Sequence record: PZ445413.1
Origin: a phage
Strand: one strand, 5' to 3'
Length of the DNA stretch: 51,285 nt
Shown here: in pieces, positions 1 to 9,961 of the stretch
Layout: each line of letters starts with the position of its first letter
Numbering within the stretch: the stretch's first letter is position 1
Notes under the pieces: generated by a model
What the model was told of the DNA's origin: nothing
Database searches by the model: none
Seen by the model: only the letters and a program-made list of their open reading frames with translations
Program-made: the position numbers and the translations under genes

Positions 1-1569
1 ATGTTGATTTGGGAAGATTTGACAGCGGCGCAGAAACGCGCCATTAAAGAAATGAGCGAGATCTCATTTGAAAAAATGATCCGCATTTGGTTTCAACTCC
101 TCCAGGGGCAAAAGTTTTTGGGTAACTGGCATTTTAGCTATTTGTGCTGGAAGGTTGAGCAAATCATTGCAGGTGAAGCGCAAAACGTGATCTTTAATAT
201 CACGCCTGGTTCCGGCAAGACGGAAATTTTTTCTATTCACATGCCAGTGCATTGTATGCAGCGCCGAAAGAAAGTGCGCAACCTAAACCTTTCATTTAGT
301 GATGGGCTGGTGCAACAAAACTCAATGCGCGTGAAAGAGATTATCGGATCTCCAGAATTCCAAGAGCTTTGGCCTTGCAAGCTGTCAAAGGCAAGCGCAA
401 AGGATATCACGGCGTTAAATCGTGATGGCAAAGTTTGGTTGCAACTAAACTCCCGCGCCATTGGTGGACAGGTAACGGGTTTGCGTGGCGGTTACATGGA
501 CGATGGTTTTACGGGAATGTTAACTCTTGACGACCCCGACAAGCCTGATGATATGTTTTCCGCAGTGCGCAGAGCGTCGATTCACACGCGGCTAAAAAAC
601 ACCGTCCGATCTCGTCGCATGAAAGACACCACGCCTTGTGTTGTTGTTCAGCAGCGGTTGCACGTCAATGATTCTACATGGTTCCTGTTAAATGGCGGGA
701 TGGGTGGTATTGAGTTTGAGGTTGTAAGCATTCCGGCGCTGGTTACTCGCGAATACCGCGAAACGCTTCCTGATTGGTTAAAGCCTGAATTTGATCGCGA
801 TGTACTGACAAGCGAGCCTGTTGTTGTTGATGGCGTTGAATATTTTTCGTTTTGGCCTGCAAAGGAAAGCGCAAAATCATTGCGTGAATTATGGCTTGCT
901 GATCCATACACATTCCTTTCACAGTACCAACAACAGCCAATCGCGCTGGGTGGTAATGTGTTCAAGGTGGAATGGTTCCAGTATTACGGCGGCGGCGAGA
1001 AATGCACACTACCAAAACCAGATCGCTTTGAATATACATTCATCACAGCGGATACGGCGCAGAAAGTAGGAGAGTTAAACGACTACACCGTGTTTTGTTA
1101 TTGGGGAATGTACAAAAACCGTGTTTACTTTATCGACGGCGTGCGCGGCAAATGGGAAGCGCCGGATCTTGAAACAAACTTTGTTGCTTTCGTTAATCAG
1201 TGCTGGAAGCGTAACAAAGAGTGCGGAACGTTGCGCAGAATCCACGTTGAGGATAAGGCGAGCGGTACGGGTTTGATTCAGGGCGCGAAAAAGAAATTGC
1301 CTATTGATATAAACCCCGTTCAGCGTAACACGGACAAAGTAACACGCGCTATGGATGCAGCGCCAGTAATGCGAGCGGGGCGCGTTGCGTTACCGGAGAA
1401 TCACCCGATGTTAGCGGAATTGCTTGCAGAGGTGGCGGCGTTCACATTCGACGATTCACACCCGCACGACGACATAGTTGATAACATCGTTGATGCGGTT
1501 AACGTCGAAATGAACCTTGCAGACGATCCAGTTGCACGCATGAAAAAACTGGCAGGATTGAAGAAATAG
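1..1569 (+). CDS. terL: terminase large subunit
   Basis: 522 aa ORF; Walker A P-loop (PGSGKT) near N-terminus; sits immediately after the terS-like ORF across the window ends and before portal. Confidence 0.85.
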   Translation: MLIWEDLTAAQKRAIKEMSEISFEKMIRIWFQLLQGQKFLGNWHFSYLCWKVEQIIAGEAQNVIFNITPGSGKTEIFSIHMPVHCMQRRKKVRNLNLSFSDGLVQQNSMRVKEIIGSPEFQELWPCKLSKASAKDITALNRDGKVWLQLNSRAIGGQVTGLRGGYMDDGFTGMLTLDDPDKPDDMFSAVRRASIHTRLKNTVRSRRMKDTTPCVVVQQRLHVNDSTWFLLNGGMGGIEFEVVSIPALVTREYRETLPDWLKPEFDRDVLTSEPVVVDGVEYFSFWPAKESAKSLRELWLADPYTFLSQYQQQPIALGGNVFKVEWFQYYGGGEKCTLPKPDRFEYTFITADTAQKVGELNDYTVFCYWGMYKNRVYFIDGVRGKWEAPDLETNFVAFVNQCWKRNKECGTLRRIHVEDKASGTGLIQGAKKKLPIDINPVQRNTDKVTRAMDAAPVMRAGRVALPENHPMLAELLAEVAAFTFDDSHPHDDIVDNIVDAVNVEMNLADDPVARMKKLAGLKK

Positions 1570-1596
1570 CACTAATTGCTAAAAAGCTGATATAAT
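1566..1596 (+). repeat. 20-bp box (variant ATAGCACTAATTGCTAAAAAG) plus TATAAT
   Basis: box carries terL stop TAG; TATAAT at 1591-1596; hairpin terminator follows. Confidence 0.5.
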
Positions 1597-1598
1597 CA

Positions 1599-1624
1599 GG
1601 GCTGGAATTTCCAGCCCTTTTTTA
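1599..1624 (+). terminator. rho-independent terminator after terL
   Basis: gggctggaa / ttccagccc stem followed by T-run. Confidence 0.6.
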
Positions 1625-1640
1625 TTATGGAGATCAGGAC

Positions 1641-2918
1641 ATGACTGATAAAAATAAGATCGTTAAGGCTGATGGCTATAACGAAATTTTCAAAGGTGAA
1701 AAGCGAGTTGAACAACCTTTCTATATGCAAGGTCTTGCTAAAACATCACTTGCATCATTCTATGAGCAAGACGGGTTAGCAAAAAAAATCATCGACGTAA
1801 TTCCAGAGGATATGGTTACGCCAGGGTTTAAGGTTGAGGGTATCGCAGACGAGGCAGCATTCAGATCGCTATGGGATGAAAAGCGACTCAACGCAAAAAT
1901 CATTGATGCGCTTTGCTGGTCGCGCTTGTTTGGCGGTGCTGGGATTGTTGCAATCGTGCAAGATGGGCGCATGTTGAAATCGCCAGTAAGAGAAGGTGCG
2001 GTGTTAGAAGATATCCGCGTTTATGATCGATACCAAATCAGGGTTAGCAAGCGAGAAACCAACGCGCGGAGCGTTCGTTATGGCGAGCCTGTTTTGTACA
2101 CAATTACGCCTGGTAATGACATTCCAGAATATGATGTTCATTACACGCGCATTTGCATCATTGACGGCGAGCGATTACCAAACGAGCAGCGCAAGAATAA
2201 TGATGGCTGGGGCGGCTCAATCCTCAACAAGCGACTAATTGAAGCGATTCGCGATTACAACTATTGCGAGGAGTTAGCAAGCCAGCTTTTAAGGCGCAAG
2301 CAACAAGCAGTGTGGAAAGCGCGAGGCCTGGCGGATTTGTGCGACGACGACGAAGGGGTTGCGGCGGCGCGTTTGCGTTTGGCACAGGTTGACGACGAAA
2401 GCGGAGTGGGTAAGGCAATTGGTATTGATGCGGAAGATGAAGAATACGCGGTGTTGAATTCTGACGTTTCCGGCGTGCCTGAATTCCTGCAAAGCAAGTT
2501 TGATCGCATTGTTGCTCTAACTGGCATTCATGAGATCGTGCTTAAAAACAAGAACACTGGCGGCGTAAGCGCAAGCCAAAACACCGCGCTTGAGACTTAT
2601 CACAAACTGATTGATCGCAAACGTGGCGAGGAATACAAGCCCGTTTTAGAATTCATCCTCCCTTTCCTGGTGAATGAATCAGAATGGTCTATTGTGTTTG
2701 AGCCGCTTTCGGTTCCGAGCGATAAAGATCAGGCGGAAGTTTTAAACAAAAACGTTGATTCAGTCACTAAGCTGGTGCAGGATCAGCTAATCGATACCGA
2801 GGAAGCGCGCGACACATTGCGCTCTATGGGTTCGATTATCAAGATCAAAGACACTGATAACATCAAGCTACCGAAACCGGAAACGGAGCCGGAGCCAGGA
2901 ACGGAGAATAATCAATGA
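1641..2918 (+). CDS. portal protein
   Basis: 425 aa ORF directly downstream of terL; acidic C-terminus; RBS; position and size typical of siphovirus portal. Confidence 0.7.
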   Translation: MTDKNKIVKADGYNEIFKGEKRVEQPFYMQGLAKTSLASFYEQDGLAKKIIDVIPEDMVTPGFKVEGIADEAAFRSLWDEKRLNAKIIDALCWSRLFGGAGIVAIVQDGRMLKSPVREGAVLEDIRVYDRYQIRVSKRETNARSVRYGEPVLYTITPGNDIPEYDVHYTRICIIDGERLPNEQRKNNDGWGGSILNKRLIEAIRDYNYCEELASQLLRRKQQAVWKARGLADLCDDDEGVAAARLRLAQVDDESGVGKAIGIDAEDEEYAVLNSDVSGVPEFLQSKFDRIVALTGIHEIVLKNKNTGGVSASQNTALETYHKLIDRKRGEEYKPVLEFILPFLVNESEWSIVFEPLSVPSDKDQAEVLNKNVDSVTKLVQDQLIDTEEARDTLRSMGSIIKIKDTDNIKLPKPETEPEPGTENNQ

Positions 2919-3664
2919 AGGTAAACGGCATTGTTAAGCAATGGCGATTTCCAGAAGCAAGCGAGCGGGATTTGTCCCGCTCCATTAAACGAGCGGTGCG
3001 TGATCTGGTTGTGTTCATGCGCAGCAAGACGCGAGCTATGAAGTTTGACGCAACAGATCAGGAAATCACCACGGCTGAGGATGAAATCAGAGAGCTTGCA
3101 AAAAATCTGGCGTTGTCGCTGATTGGTTTGCTTCCGTCGCTGGCGGAGGCTGTTTATAAATTCAACTCAAAGCAGTTTGTTAACGTAGCGAAATCAACAG
3201 GCGGCGCGGCTAATCCATCCGTAATATTGTTGATCGCAATCGGAGCCAACCAGGGAGAAAGCTGGTATCAAAAGCTATACGGCGAATGGCACACAATTAG
3301 CGCAGATTCATTCGACAAGCTATTCACAAACATCATTCAGGATTGGGCGGCAAACATCCGGCAAGCAAATTTCACCGGAAAGAATGCCGATCAGGTTGAT
3401 GATATAGCGGAGAAACGTTTTGCTGTTTATTCTTCCTGGGCTGGCAACCGCGCAACCGGAATTATTGGATCGTGGAATAGTCGCCTGATGCGGCAACGTC
3501 TTTATGATGCAGGGGTGAATTCTTATTTCTGGCATGGTATGCTTGACGAGCGCGAGCGACTAAAACACTTACGATGGGAAGGAAAAGAGATCGATTTAAA
3601 CGACATTCACCCGTTTCCAGGTGAGGAGTACGGTTGCCGCTGTTGGGCGATCCCTAAATGGTAA
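2915..3664 (+). CDS. head morphogenesis / minor head protein (putative)
   Basis: 249 aa; ATGA start-stop overlap with portal; positional inference. Confidence 0.45.
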   Translation: MKVNGIVKQWRFPEASERDLSRSIKRAVRDLVVFMRSKTRAMKFDATDQEITTAEDEIRELAKNLALSLIGLLPSLAEAVYKFNSKQFVNVAKSTGGAANPSVILLIAIGANQGESWYQKLYGEWHTISADSFDKLFTNIIQDWAANIRQANFTGKNADQVDDIAEKRFAVYSSWAGNRATGIIGSWNSRLMRQRLYDAGVNSYFWHGMLDERERLKHLRWEGKEIDLNDIHPFPGEEYGCRCWAIPKW

Positions 3665-3677
3665 AGGAGAAATCAAG

Positions 3678-4790
3678 ATGAAAAAAGTGCAACGCTTTGA
3701 TAGCGTACAGGTAAAAGCAAAGATTGATGAACATGGCTTTCTGGTAGACCGTCCGATTGTTGCCCGTATCGGATTACAGATTTACAAAACACCTTTCGGA
3801 GAGCGGCGAGAATTCCGCCCCGCTTCCGAGGTTTTCAAGGCTGATTCACTGGAAACGTTTTCCGGCAAGCCGATCACAATCGGACACGTCACAGTAACGC
3901 CGGAGAATGCAAAGGATGTTGTTGTGGGCGCGTGCGCTGGTGCTGGCGTGCCAAATGGGGTTGGCGTAGAGGTTCCGTTAAGCATTTACGACAAGCGAGC
4001 CATTCAGAGCGCCAAGAAAAAGCAGACCGCCGAATTGTCAGTCGGTTACACTTCCGTTGATATTGACAAACCAGGCTGGGGCAACAACGCAACTGGTGAA
4101 TATTTCTTTGATGAAGATATGCCGGAAGGATGGAAAGCAGACAGCGCGGATTGGGTTAGATTTGATGCGGTGCAAACCAATATCAGCGTAAACCATATCG
4201 CTATGGTGTTTAAAGGTCGCGCGGGTATCGCAAAATTGAATCTTGATAGCGAGCAAGAATTCCCGTATGATAACACCGAAATTTCAAACAAAGAGGATCA
4301 TGTAATGACTGTAAAAATTAAACTGGACGGCGCTGTTGAATTCGATGTGCCAAAAGAAGTTGCAACCTTCATTGAAAACGTGAAAGCAGACGCAGAAGCG
4401 GCAAAAGTAAAAGCCGATGGCCTGGAAGCAGAGCGAGATGCACTGAAAACCAAAGTTGATGGTATTCCGGCTGAGATCGAAAAAGCCGTTGCACAGGCTA
4501 AAGCAGACGCGGAAGCACATGCAGAGCTTGTAAAAGTTGCCGAGGAAGTAGGCGTGAAAACTGATGGCCTGGACGCAAAAGCAATCAAAGTTGCTTACGT
4601 CAAAGAGGTTACAGGCGCTGACATTTCCACTAAAGCAGACGCTTACATTGATGTTGCCTTTGATCTGGCTAAAGATTCTGATAAAATGGCGGCTCAACGT
4701 ATCGCAACCAAAGGCGATGCGGCACAAGAAAAACAGGACGGCGAAACGGTTTTAGATCCGAATGCGCGCCTGGCTAAACTTAACAAGTAA
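3678..4790 (+). CDS. capsid scaffolding protein (possibly protease-scaffold fusion)
   Basis: RBS aaaggag upstream of ATG 3678; C-terminal half is A/E/K-rich coiled-coil typical of scaffolds; position before capsid genes. Confidence 0.5.
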   Translation: MKKVQRFDSVQVKAKIDEHGFLVDRPIVARIGLQIYKTPFGERREFRPASEVFKADSLETFSGKPITIGHVTVTPENAKDVVVGACAGAGVPNGVGVEVPLSIYDKRAIQSAKKKQTAELSVGYTSVDIDKPGWGNNATGEYFFDEDMPEGWKADSADWVRFDAVQTNISVNHIAMVFKGRAGIAKLNLDSEQEFPYDNTEISNKEDHVMTVKIKLDGAVEFDVPKEVATFIENVKADAEAAKVKADGLEAERDALKTKVDGIPAEIEKAVAQAKADAEAHAELVKVAEEVGVKTDGLDAKAIKVAYVKEVTGADISTKADAYIDVAFDLAKDSDKMAAQRIATKGDAAQEKQDGETVLDPNARLAKLNK

Positions 4791-4802
4791 GGAGAAATAA
4801 AG

Positions 4803-5291
4803 ATGGCTATTCCGGCATATTATCAAAAGAACATGGCACGAGCTTTACCTGGTCAAGTTGCTGACACTTCCGCATATAACATCGACGGCGCTTGTGTTCT
4901 GAATACCGAGGGCGGCAAGTCTATTTTTGTTGGCGTTGCTGTTAAGCATGGCGGCGTTGATGCAATGGGTAACAAAATCATCAAGCCTATCACCAGCGCT
5001 GGCGATCACGCTTACGGAGTTGCGATTCGCTCACACTTCCAGACTACGGGCGAAAATGGCCGAATGGTTTACGAGGACGGCGGCGGCATCAACGTAATTA
5101 CCGAGGGGCGCGTTTGGATGATTACAAGCGAGGCTGTTGCTCCAGCTTACGACACACCGATCAAAATTAAGGCCGATACTGGCTTTGTAGATACGGCGGC
5201 GGGAGAGATTGAAACGGATTGGATCGCAACTGGCGACTTTACCAAATTCCAAGATCTCAACCTGGTTGAAGTGAAGTTGTTCGGCGCATAA
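4803..5291 (+). CDS. head structural / decoration-like protein (paralog 1)
   Basis: 162 aa; strong RBS aaggaga; C-terminus (GDFTKFQDLNLVEVKL) paralogous to the next ORF; followed by a strong terminator. Confidence 0.45.
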   Translation: MAIPAYYQKNMARALPGQVADTSAYNIDGACVLNTEGGKSIFVGVAVKHGGVDAMGNKIIKPITSAGDHAYGVAIRSHFQTTGENGRMVYEDGGGINVITEGRVWMITSEAVAPAYDTPIKIKADTGFVDTAAGEIETDWIATGDFTKFQDLNLVEVKLFGA

Positions 5292-5306
5292 TCTCGCGAT
5301 ATAATA

Positions 5307-5332
5307 GGCACTCTTTTTAGAGTGCCTTTTTT
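5307..5332 (+). terminator. rho-independent terminator
   Basis: ggcactct / agagtgcc 8-bp stem, TTTT loop, T-run. Confidence 0.65.
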
Positions 5333-5353
5333 ATTTTCAGAGGAGATAAAATT

Positions 5354-6163
5354 ATGTCTGATTATGGCGTTTTGTGGGGTGCAACTGAGCCAGGGTGCAT
5401 GTTGGATTCAAGTCGCTATATTATTGATGGTACTGGCGTTTGCAAAGATGAAACCATTCTGATTGGTAAAGTTGTGATGGTTGATGAAATCGTTAACGGC
5501 TACCGCATGATCACATCGAAGTACAGCCAGCAAATCCGGCCTTGTGGGATCGCGTTGCGCACTCACTCTTGTTTATATTCTGACGAGTCGAGCGGCTACA
5601 TGGTTTACCGTTCAGGGGATCCAATTAACGTTGCTCGTCGCGGTCGAGTTTGGGCTTTGACAGAGCAAATTGATTCAGCGCCTAACTACGGTCAAGCTGT
5701 TTATGTTGCTGATGATGGTTTTGTTAATGCTGGTAATGGTCAAATTGTTGACGGCTGGACTTTTACAGGCGACTTTATGAAATACGACAAGCAATTTAAC
5801 CTTGTTGGCGTAAATCTTTCCGTTGTTAAGTTGCGACCAATCGGACCGCCACCAGTACCAGTTAAAGCGGCGTTGATTGAGTCTGATATTACAGAGAATG
5901 CCCCGCAACCTAACAATAAACCAATTCAATTACGTGTAACCGTTAAGCCGGATAATGCAACGGATAGAACTGGCACATGGTCATGCTGGGAAGATGAAGC
6001 AAGAACATCCGAGGTTCACAATATTGCTGATGTGGATCAGAATGGACTTGTAACCCCAACAGGAACAGCAGAGGGAACCGTGTTTATAAATTGGGATGCT
6101 AACGATGGTTCTGGCGTTTCAGATACATACGTTCTTGATTTTGTAAATCCGGCTCTACCATAA
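5354..6163 (+). CDS. head structural protein with C-terminal Ig-like domain (paralog 2)
   Basis: 269 aa; shares GRVW...TGDF...NLVGVNL segment with 4803-5291; C-terminal ~90 aa resembles a bacterial Ig-like fold (sequence impression only). Confidence 0.4.
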   Translation: MSDYGVLWGATEPGCMLDSSRYIIDGTGVCKDETILIGKVVMVDEIVNGYRMITSKYSQQIRPCGIALRTHSCLYSDESSGYMVYRSGDPINVARRGRVWALTEQIDSAPNYGQAVYVADDGFVNAGNGQIVDGWTFTGDFMKYDKQFNLVGVNLSVVKLRPIGPPPVPVKAALIESDITENAPQPNNKPIQLRVTVKPDNATDRTGTWSCWEDEARTSEVHNIADVDQNGLVTPTGTAEGTVFINWDANDGSGVSDTYVLDFVNPALP

Positions 6164-6177
6164 AAATCTGTTGCACG

Positions 6178-6195
6178 TTTAACAAAAAATGCTAT
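6178..6195 (-). repeat. 20-bp box, inverted orientation within late operon
   Basis: plus strand reads tttaacaaaaaatgctat. Confidence 0.45.
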
Positions 6196-6199
6196 CATT

Positions 6200-6225
6200 G
6201 GGCTGTCAATTAAAACAGCCCTTTT
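6200..6225 (+). terminator. rho-independent terminator upstream of capsid gene
   Basis: gggctgt / acagccc stem plus TTTT. Confidence 0.55.
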
Positions 6226-6239
6226 AAGGAGAATTAGCA

Positions 6240-7211
6240 ATGACTGGCAAAACTAAGAAATATGATGAATTCGACGCTTCCGTTGTTTCCGCGCATCTTC
6301 AAGCGCGAGGCGTAAAATCAGATGCGTCCGATATGGGTATTTGGACGGCGCAAGAGCTACACAAGATCCGCTCTACCGCTTACGATAAAGAGTATCCAGT
6401 AGGCTCCGCGCTTCGCGTGTTCCCTGTTACCAATGAACTGAGCGACACCGACAAAACGTTTGAGTATCAGACTTTTGATAAAGTTGGTTACGCGAAAATC
6501 ATCGCTGATTATACCGACGACCTGCCAACTGTTGACGCGCTTATGTCTACTGAGTTTGGTAAAGTGTTCCGCCTGGGTAACGCGTTCCTGATTTCCATTG
6601 ACGAGATCAAAGCAGGTCAACGCACTGGTAAGAGCCTGAGCAACCGTAAAGCGAATGCAGCACAGAGCGCACACGATCACCTCGTCAATCACCTGGTGTT
6701 TAAAGGCTCCAAGCCTCATAAGATTATTAGCGTGTTCGAACATCCGAACATCACTAAGATTACGGCGGCTAAACAGTGGTTTGAAAAAGCAACCAAAACC
6801 AAAAATGCCGAGGACGCTTACAACGATCTGACTGATGCACTTGAAGCGCTGGAAACCCAAACTGACGGGCAGCACCGCGCAACGCACATCCTGATCCCGC
6901 CGAGCGTTCGTAAAGTTCTGATGGTTCGTATGCCTGAAACGACCGAAAGCTACCTTGATTACTTCATGAAGCAAAACGGCGGCATTACGATTGAATCAAT
7001 CGCAGAGCTTGAGGATATCGACGGAACTGGTAAAAAGGGTGTTTTGGTCTACGAAAAAGACCCGATGAATATGTCAATTGAAATTCCAGAAGCGTTTAAC
7101 ATGCTTCCGGCGCAGCCTAAAGACCTGCATTTCAAAGTGCCTTGCACCTCCAAGTGTACCGGACTGACAATTTATCGCCCATTAACTCTTGTTTTAATCG
7201 TTGGCGTGTAA
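6240..7211 (+). CDS. major capsid protein (putative)
   Basis: 323 aa; RBS aaggaga; position after scaffold and decoration genes; size typical of HK97-fold capsid. Confidence 0.55.
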   Translation: MTGKTKKYDEFDASVVSAHLQARGVKSDASDMGIWTAQELHKIRSTAYDKEYPVGSALRVFPVTNELSDTDKTFEYQTFDKVGYAKIIADYTDDLPTVDALMSTEFGKVFRLGNAFLISIDEIKAGQRTGKSLSNRKANAAQSAHDHLVNHLVFKGSKPHKIISVFEHPNITKITAAKQWFEKATKTKNAEDAYNDLTDALEALETQTDGQHRATHILIPPSVRKVLMVRMPETTESYLDYFMKQNGGITIESIAELEDIDGTGKKGVLVYEKDPMNMSIEIPEAFNMLPAQPKDLHFKVPCTSKCTGLTIYRPLTLVLIVGV

Positions 7212-7262
7212 TAATATTGGGGAATCCTTCGGGGTTCCCCTTTACTTTATGGAGATTTAAAA

Positions 7263-7535
7263 ATGGCTAAAGAGAAAATTGTTATTCTTTCAAATGTTGG
7301 CGTTTGTGCTATTTACTTTAAAGGCAACCGTTATCTGCCAGGTGATGAAATCGAAATCGCAGAAAACGACCTGGCAAATCAGGGTATTGAAATGCTGATT
7401 CATCGCGGCGATCTGGTAATCAAAAATGATGTAGACGCAACTGATGAAGTTATCAAACGCGCGGAAGGTAAGCGCAAGAAAGACCCCAACGAGGGCAAGA
7501 GCCGGAAAGAGTTAGAGGACGGCGGCGAGTTTTAA
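7263..7535 (+). CDS. hypothetical protein
   Basis: 90 aa ORF with RBS ggaga; flanked by terminator hairpins. Confidence 0.4.
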   Translation: MAKEKIVILSNVGVCAIYFKGNRYLPGDEIEIAENDLANQGIEMLIHRGDLVIKNDVDATDEVIKRAEGKRKKDPNEGKSRKELEDGGEF

Positions 7536-7540
7536 AACCT

Positions 7541-7562
7541 GGGGCGCTTAATGCGCCCTTTG
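7541..7562 (+). terminator. hairpin terminator (weak U-tract)
   Basis: gggcgc ttaat gcgccc then ttt. Confidence 0.45.
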
Positions 7563-7583
7563 TCATATCTGGAGGTAATGAAA

Positions 7584-8003
7584 ATGGTCGATGAATTATA
7601 CACCGATATTGAAATTGTGGAGCAGATCCAAAAGATAGCGCCACCAATGAAGCAAATCGATCCAGACTTATTAACGGCATGGGTTGAACTGGCTAAAGAG
7701 TTTGTTTGCGTAAAGCGCTTTAAAGACTCATACCCAAAAGCTGTTGCGCTCTATACGTTGCACCTTATGACGCTTGACGGCGCTATGAAACAGGAAGGTG
7801 AGAGCGTGGATTCATATTCCCGTCGAGTTGCGTCATTTTCCCTGAGTGGTGAATTTTCACAGACGTTTGATCGCGTTTCCGCTGATTCATCCGGCAAAGA
7901 AATCCGACAAACACCGTGGGGCAAAATGTATGAAACATTAAACCGGAAGAAAGGCGGCGGCTTTGGCCTTGTGTCTGGTTTACGTCGCCGGAGGGTTTGT
8001 TAA
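7584..8003 (+). CDS. head-tail connector / adaptor protein (putative)
   Basis: RBS ggagg 8 nt upstream of ATG 7584 (ORF-track start 7551 lies inside a terminator hairpin); positional inference. Confidence 0.4.
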   Translation: MVDELYTDIEIVEQIQKIAPPMKQIDPDLLTAWVELAKEFVCVKRFKDSYPKAVALYTLHLMTLDGAMKQEGESVDSYSRRVASFSLSGEFSQTFDRVSADSSGKEIRQTPWGKMYETLNRKKGGGFGLVSGLRRRRVC

Positions 8004-8374
8004 TGGATTACTCAAGTATTGCGCGAATGGCTACGGCTGGGATCGCATTTTTCAGTGATAAAGATGGCGTGTTTAAGCTGATTACTCAACAGGGCGGCGT
8101 TGATATCGTTGGCGGCGTTGAGGTGGAAAAGCCGGAAGTTTCAACGGAGATTAAAGGTCTTGTGCGTTCGCCTCGCACGCGAGAGGTTGACGGCGAAACA
8201 ATACGCGTTACTGATAAATTAGGGGTATTCAACAATGCTGTTGAAATAAAAAACGGATACCAGATCGAGATTGACGGCGAGCGCTACGTGATAGTTGAAG
8301 CACGACCAATCAGGCAAACCAGCACGACAGTTGCCTACCGTCCGATCATGCGGAGGATTTCGGTTCATGGCTAA
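8003..8374 (+). CDS. neck / head closure protein (putative)
   Basis: ATG 8003 overlaps previous stop; RBS ggagg; positional inference. Confidence 0.4.
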   Translation: MDYSSIARMATAGIAFFSDKDGVFKLITQQGGVDIVGGVEVEKPEVSTEIKGLVRSPRTREVDGETIRVTDKLGVFNNAVEIKNGYQIEIDGERYVIVEARPIRQTSTTVAYRPIMRRISVHG

Positions 8375-8807
8375 CTATTCGATCCGTCAATTTCATGGAA
8401 ACATAGATAAGTGGATTAATGCGGTTGATAGCGGCCTGACTGATTGCATTGAGATATTCGCCGGAAAGGTACAGGAGGCGCTAGTAAATGGCTCGCCAGT
8501 TGATACAGGACGATTTAAAGGCAACTGGCAAGTAACAGCTAATAAACCGCCATTGTACGCGCTCAACCAGTACGACAAAGACGGGCAACAGACTATTGCA
8601 GAGGGCAAGCGAGCCATTTACGCAATCATGCGCGGCGGCGGAGCGGTTAGGTCAATCCACTTTTCAAACATGCTCATTTACGCTAATGCGCTTGAGTATG
8701 GTCATTCTAAACAGGCTCCCGCTGGTGTTGTTGGTATCGTTGCAGTAAGGTTGCGATCATTCATGGCGGAAGCAATAAAAGAGTCGAGGGCTAAAAATGC
8801 ACTATGA
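8367..8807 (+). CDS. neck / tail completion protein (putative)
   Basis: ATG 8367 preceded by ggagga; overlaps previous stop; positional inference. Confidence 0.4.
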   Translation: MANYSIRQFHGNIDKWINAVDSGLTDCIEIFAGKVQEALVNGSPVDTGRFKGNWQVTANKPPLYALNQYDKDGQQTIAEGKRAIYAIMRGGGAVRSIHFSNMLIYANALEYGHSKQAPAGVVGIVAVRLRSFMAEAIKESRAKNAL

Positions 8808-9198
8808 ATTAATGCTCGCGGCGCGTAAGGCGCTTGCTGAGGAATACGAAAATACATTCAAGATCGCATATGAAAACGTTGAGTTTGTGCCGCCTAATGA
8901 CGGCTCGCCGTGGTTGGCTTTTCACTATAAAGAAGTGAGTAGCGATTATTTATCTCTTGATCGAAAGTGCCGATCCTACATCGGACTTGTTCAAGTAAAC
9001 ATCATCTTTGCCCCTGGCGCTGGAACCGACAAGGCGCGGCGGCTGGCAAAAAATATTGCTGATTTCTTTGAAGATGGTAAAATGCTTGAGCATGGTTATA
9101 TATATGAGGGCGGAGAAGTTCGACCCGTTCAGAAAAGTGAAACAGGCTGGCTTGTTCCGGTTCGTTTCAGTGTTAGAGTTGAAGAAAAGAGGATCTAA
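8797..9198 (+). CDS. tail terminator / neck protein (putative)
   Basis: 133 aa; overlaps previous gene end; immediately upstream of major tail gene. Confidence 0.4.
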   Translation: MHYELMLAARKALAEEYENTFKIAYENVEFVPPNDGSPWLAFHYKEVSSDYLSLDRKCRSYIGLVQVNIIFAPGAGTDKARRLAKNIADFFEDGKMLEHGYIYEGGEVRPVQKSETGWLVPVRFSVRVEEKRI

Positions 9199-9200
9199 AA

Positions 9201-9860
9201 ATGCACCTTCCAAACGGTTCACAGATTTTTATTGAAAGCACCCGCGAGGCGGAAAAGCAAGTAACAGCGATCACCAATGCCGAAAATCCAGTAATGAGCA
9301 TTGCGGATACTTCCGGCATCGCCAAAGGTGATATTTTCATTGTAACTATTTCCTCCTGGGGCAAATTGCTTGATCGCGTTCTGCGAGTTAAAGAGGTTAG
9401 CGAAAATACGAGCATCACCGCTGAGGGAATCGACACCACAGATCAAAACGTGTTTCCCGCTGGCGCTACCGCGTCAATCGCTAAAATCAGCGCGTGGACT
9501 GAGATCCCATGCGTCCAAGATCTAGCGCAGGACGGCGGCGAGCAACAGTATTACACTTACCAGTGCTTGTCCGACGACCAGGAGCAGCAGTTACCGACAT
9601 ACAAGAGCGCTGTTTCTCTAACGTATACTTTCGCGCACGAATACGACAACCCGATCTATCCGCTGTTGCGTAAGGCTGATGAATCCGGCGACGTTAAAGC
9701 ATTGCGCATGTACGTTCCGAAAGCAAAAGAGATCCGCGCATGGGCTGGCGTACTCTCGTTTAACGAGATCCCACAGACCGCAGTCAACGAAATGGAAACT
9801 GTTTCCCTTTCTTGCTCGCTGAAAGGTCGCTTTACTTTCTTGCCATCGGCGCAAGGTTAA
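9201..9860 (+). CDS. major tail (tube) protein
   Basis: 219 aa; RBS aaagagga; followed by strong terminator; upstream of chaperone and tape-measure genes. Confidence 0.6.
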   Translation: MHLPNGSQIFIESTREAEKQVTAITNAENPVMSIADTSGIAKGDIFIVTISSWGKLLDRVLRVKEVSENTSITAEGIDTTDQNVFPAGATASIAKISAWTEIPCVQDLAQDGGEQQYYTYQCLSDDQEQQLPTYKSAVSLTYTFAHEYDNPIYPLLRKADESGDVKALRMYVPKAKEIRAWAGVLSFNEIPQTAVNEMETVSLSCSLKGRFTFLPSAQG

Positions 9861-9866
9861 TCACAA

Positions 9867-9888
9867 GGGGCATTGCGCCCCTTTTTTT
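9867..9888 (+). terminator. rho-independent terminator after major tail gene
   Basis: ggggc...gcccc stem followed by 7 T. Confidence 0.65.
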
Positions 9889-9927
9889 ATTGCTGTAGAA
9901 TCACTCTACCAAAATAATCAAACTGGC

Positions 9928-9945
9928 TTTTAACAAAAAATGCTA
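9928..9945 (-). repeat. 20-bp box, inverted orientation within late operon
   Basis: plus strand reads ttttaacaaaaaatgctat, immediately upstream of chaperone RBS. Confidence 0.45.
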
Positions 9946-9961
9946 TTCAGGAGAAATGACA

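Noticed and set aside
3621-3677. ORF-track N-terminal extensions (for example 3621, 7551, 13697, 14470, 21049, 31741, 42480, 45911, 50711)
   Set aside because: Extended starts lack RBS or fall inside terminator hairpins, and several use TTG or GTG; downstream in-frame ATGs with good Shine-Dalgarno spacing were preferred.
4284-4727. Antisense ORFs inside large plus-strand genes (for example 4284-4727, 11100-11447, 26681-27070 and many 60-120 aa ORFs in the track)
   Set aside because: They lie wholly within well-supported longer genes on the opposite strand or frame, lack RBSs, and have low-complexity translations.
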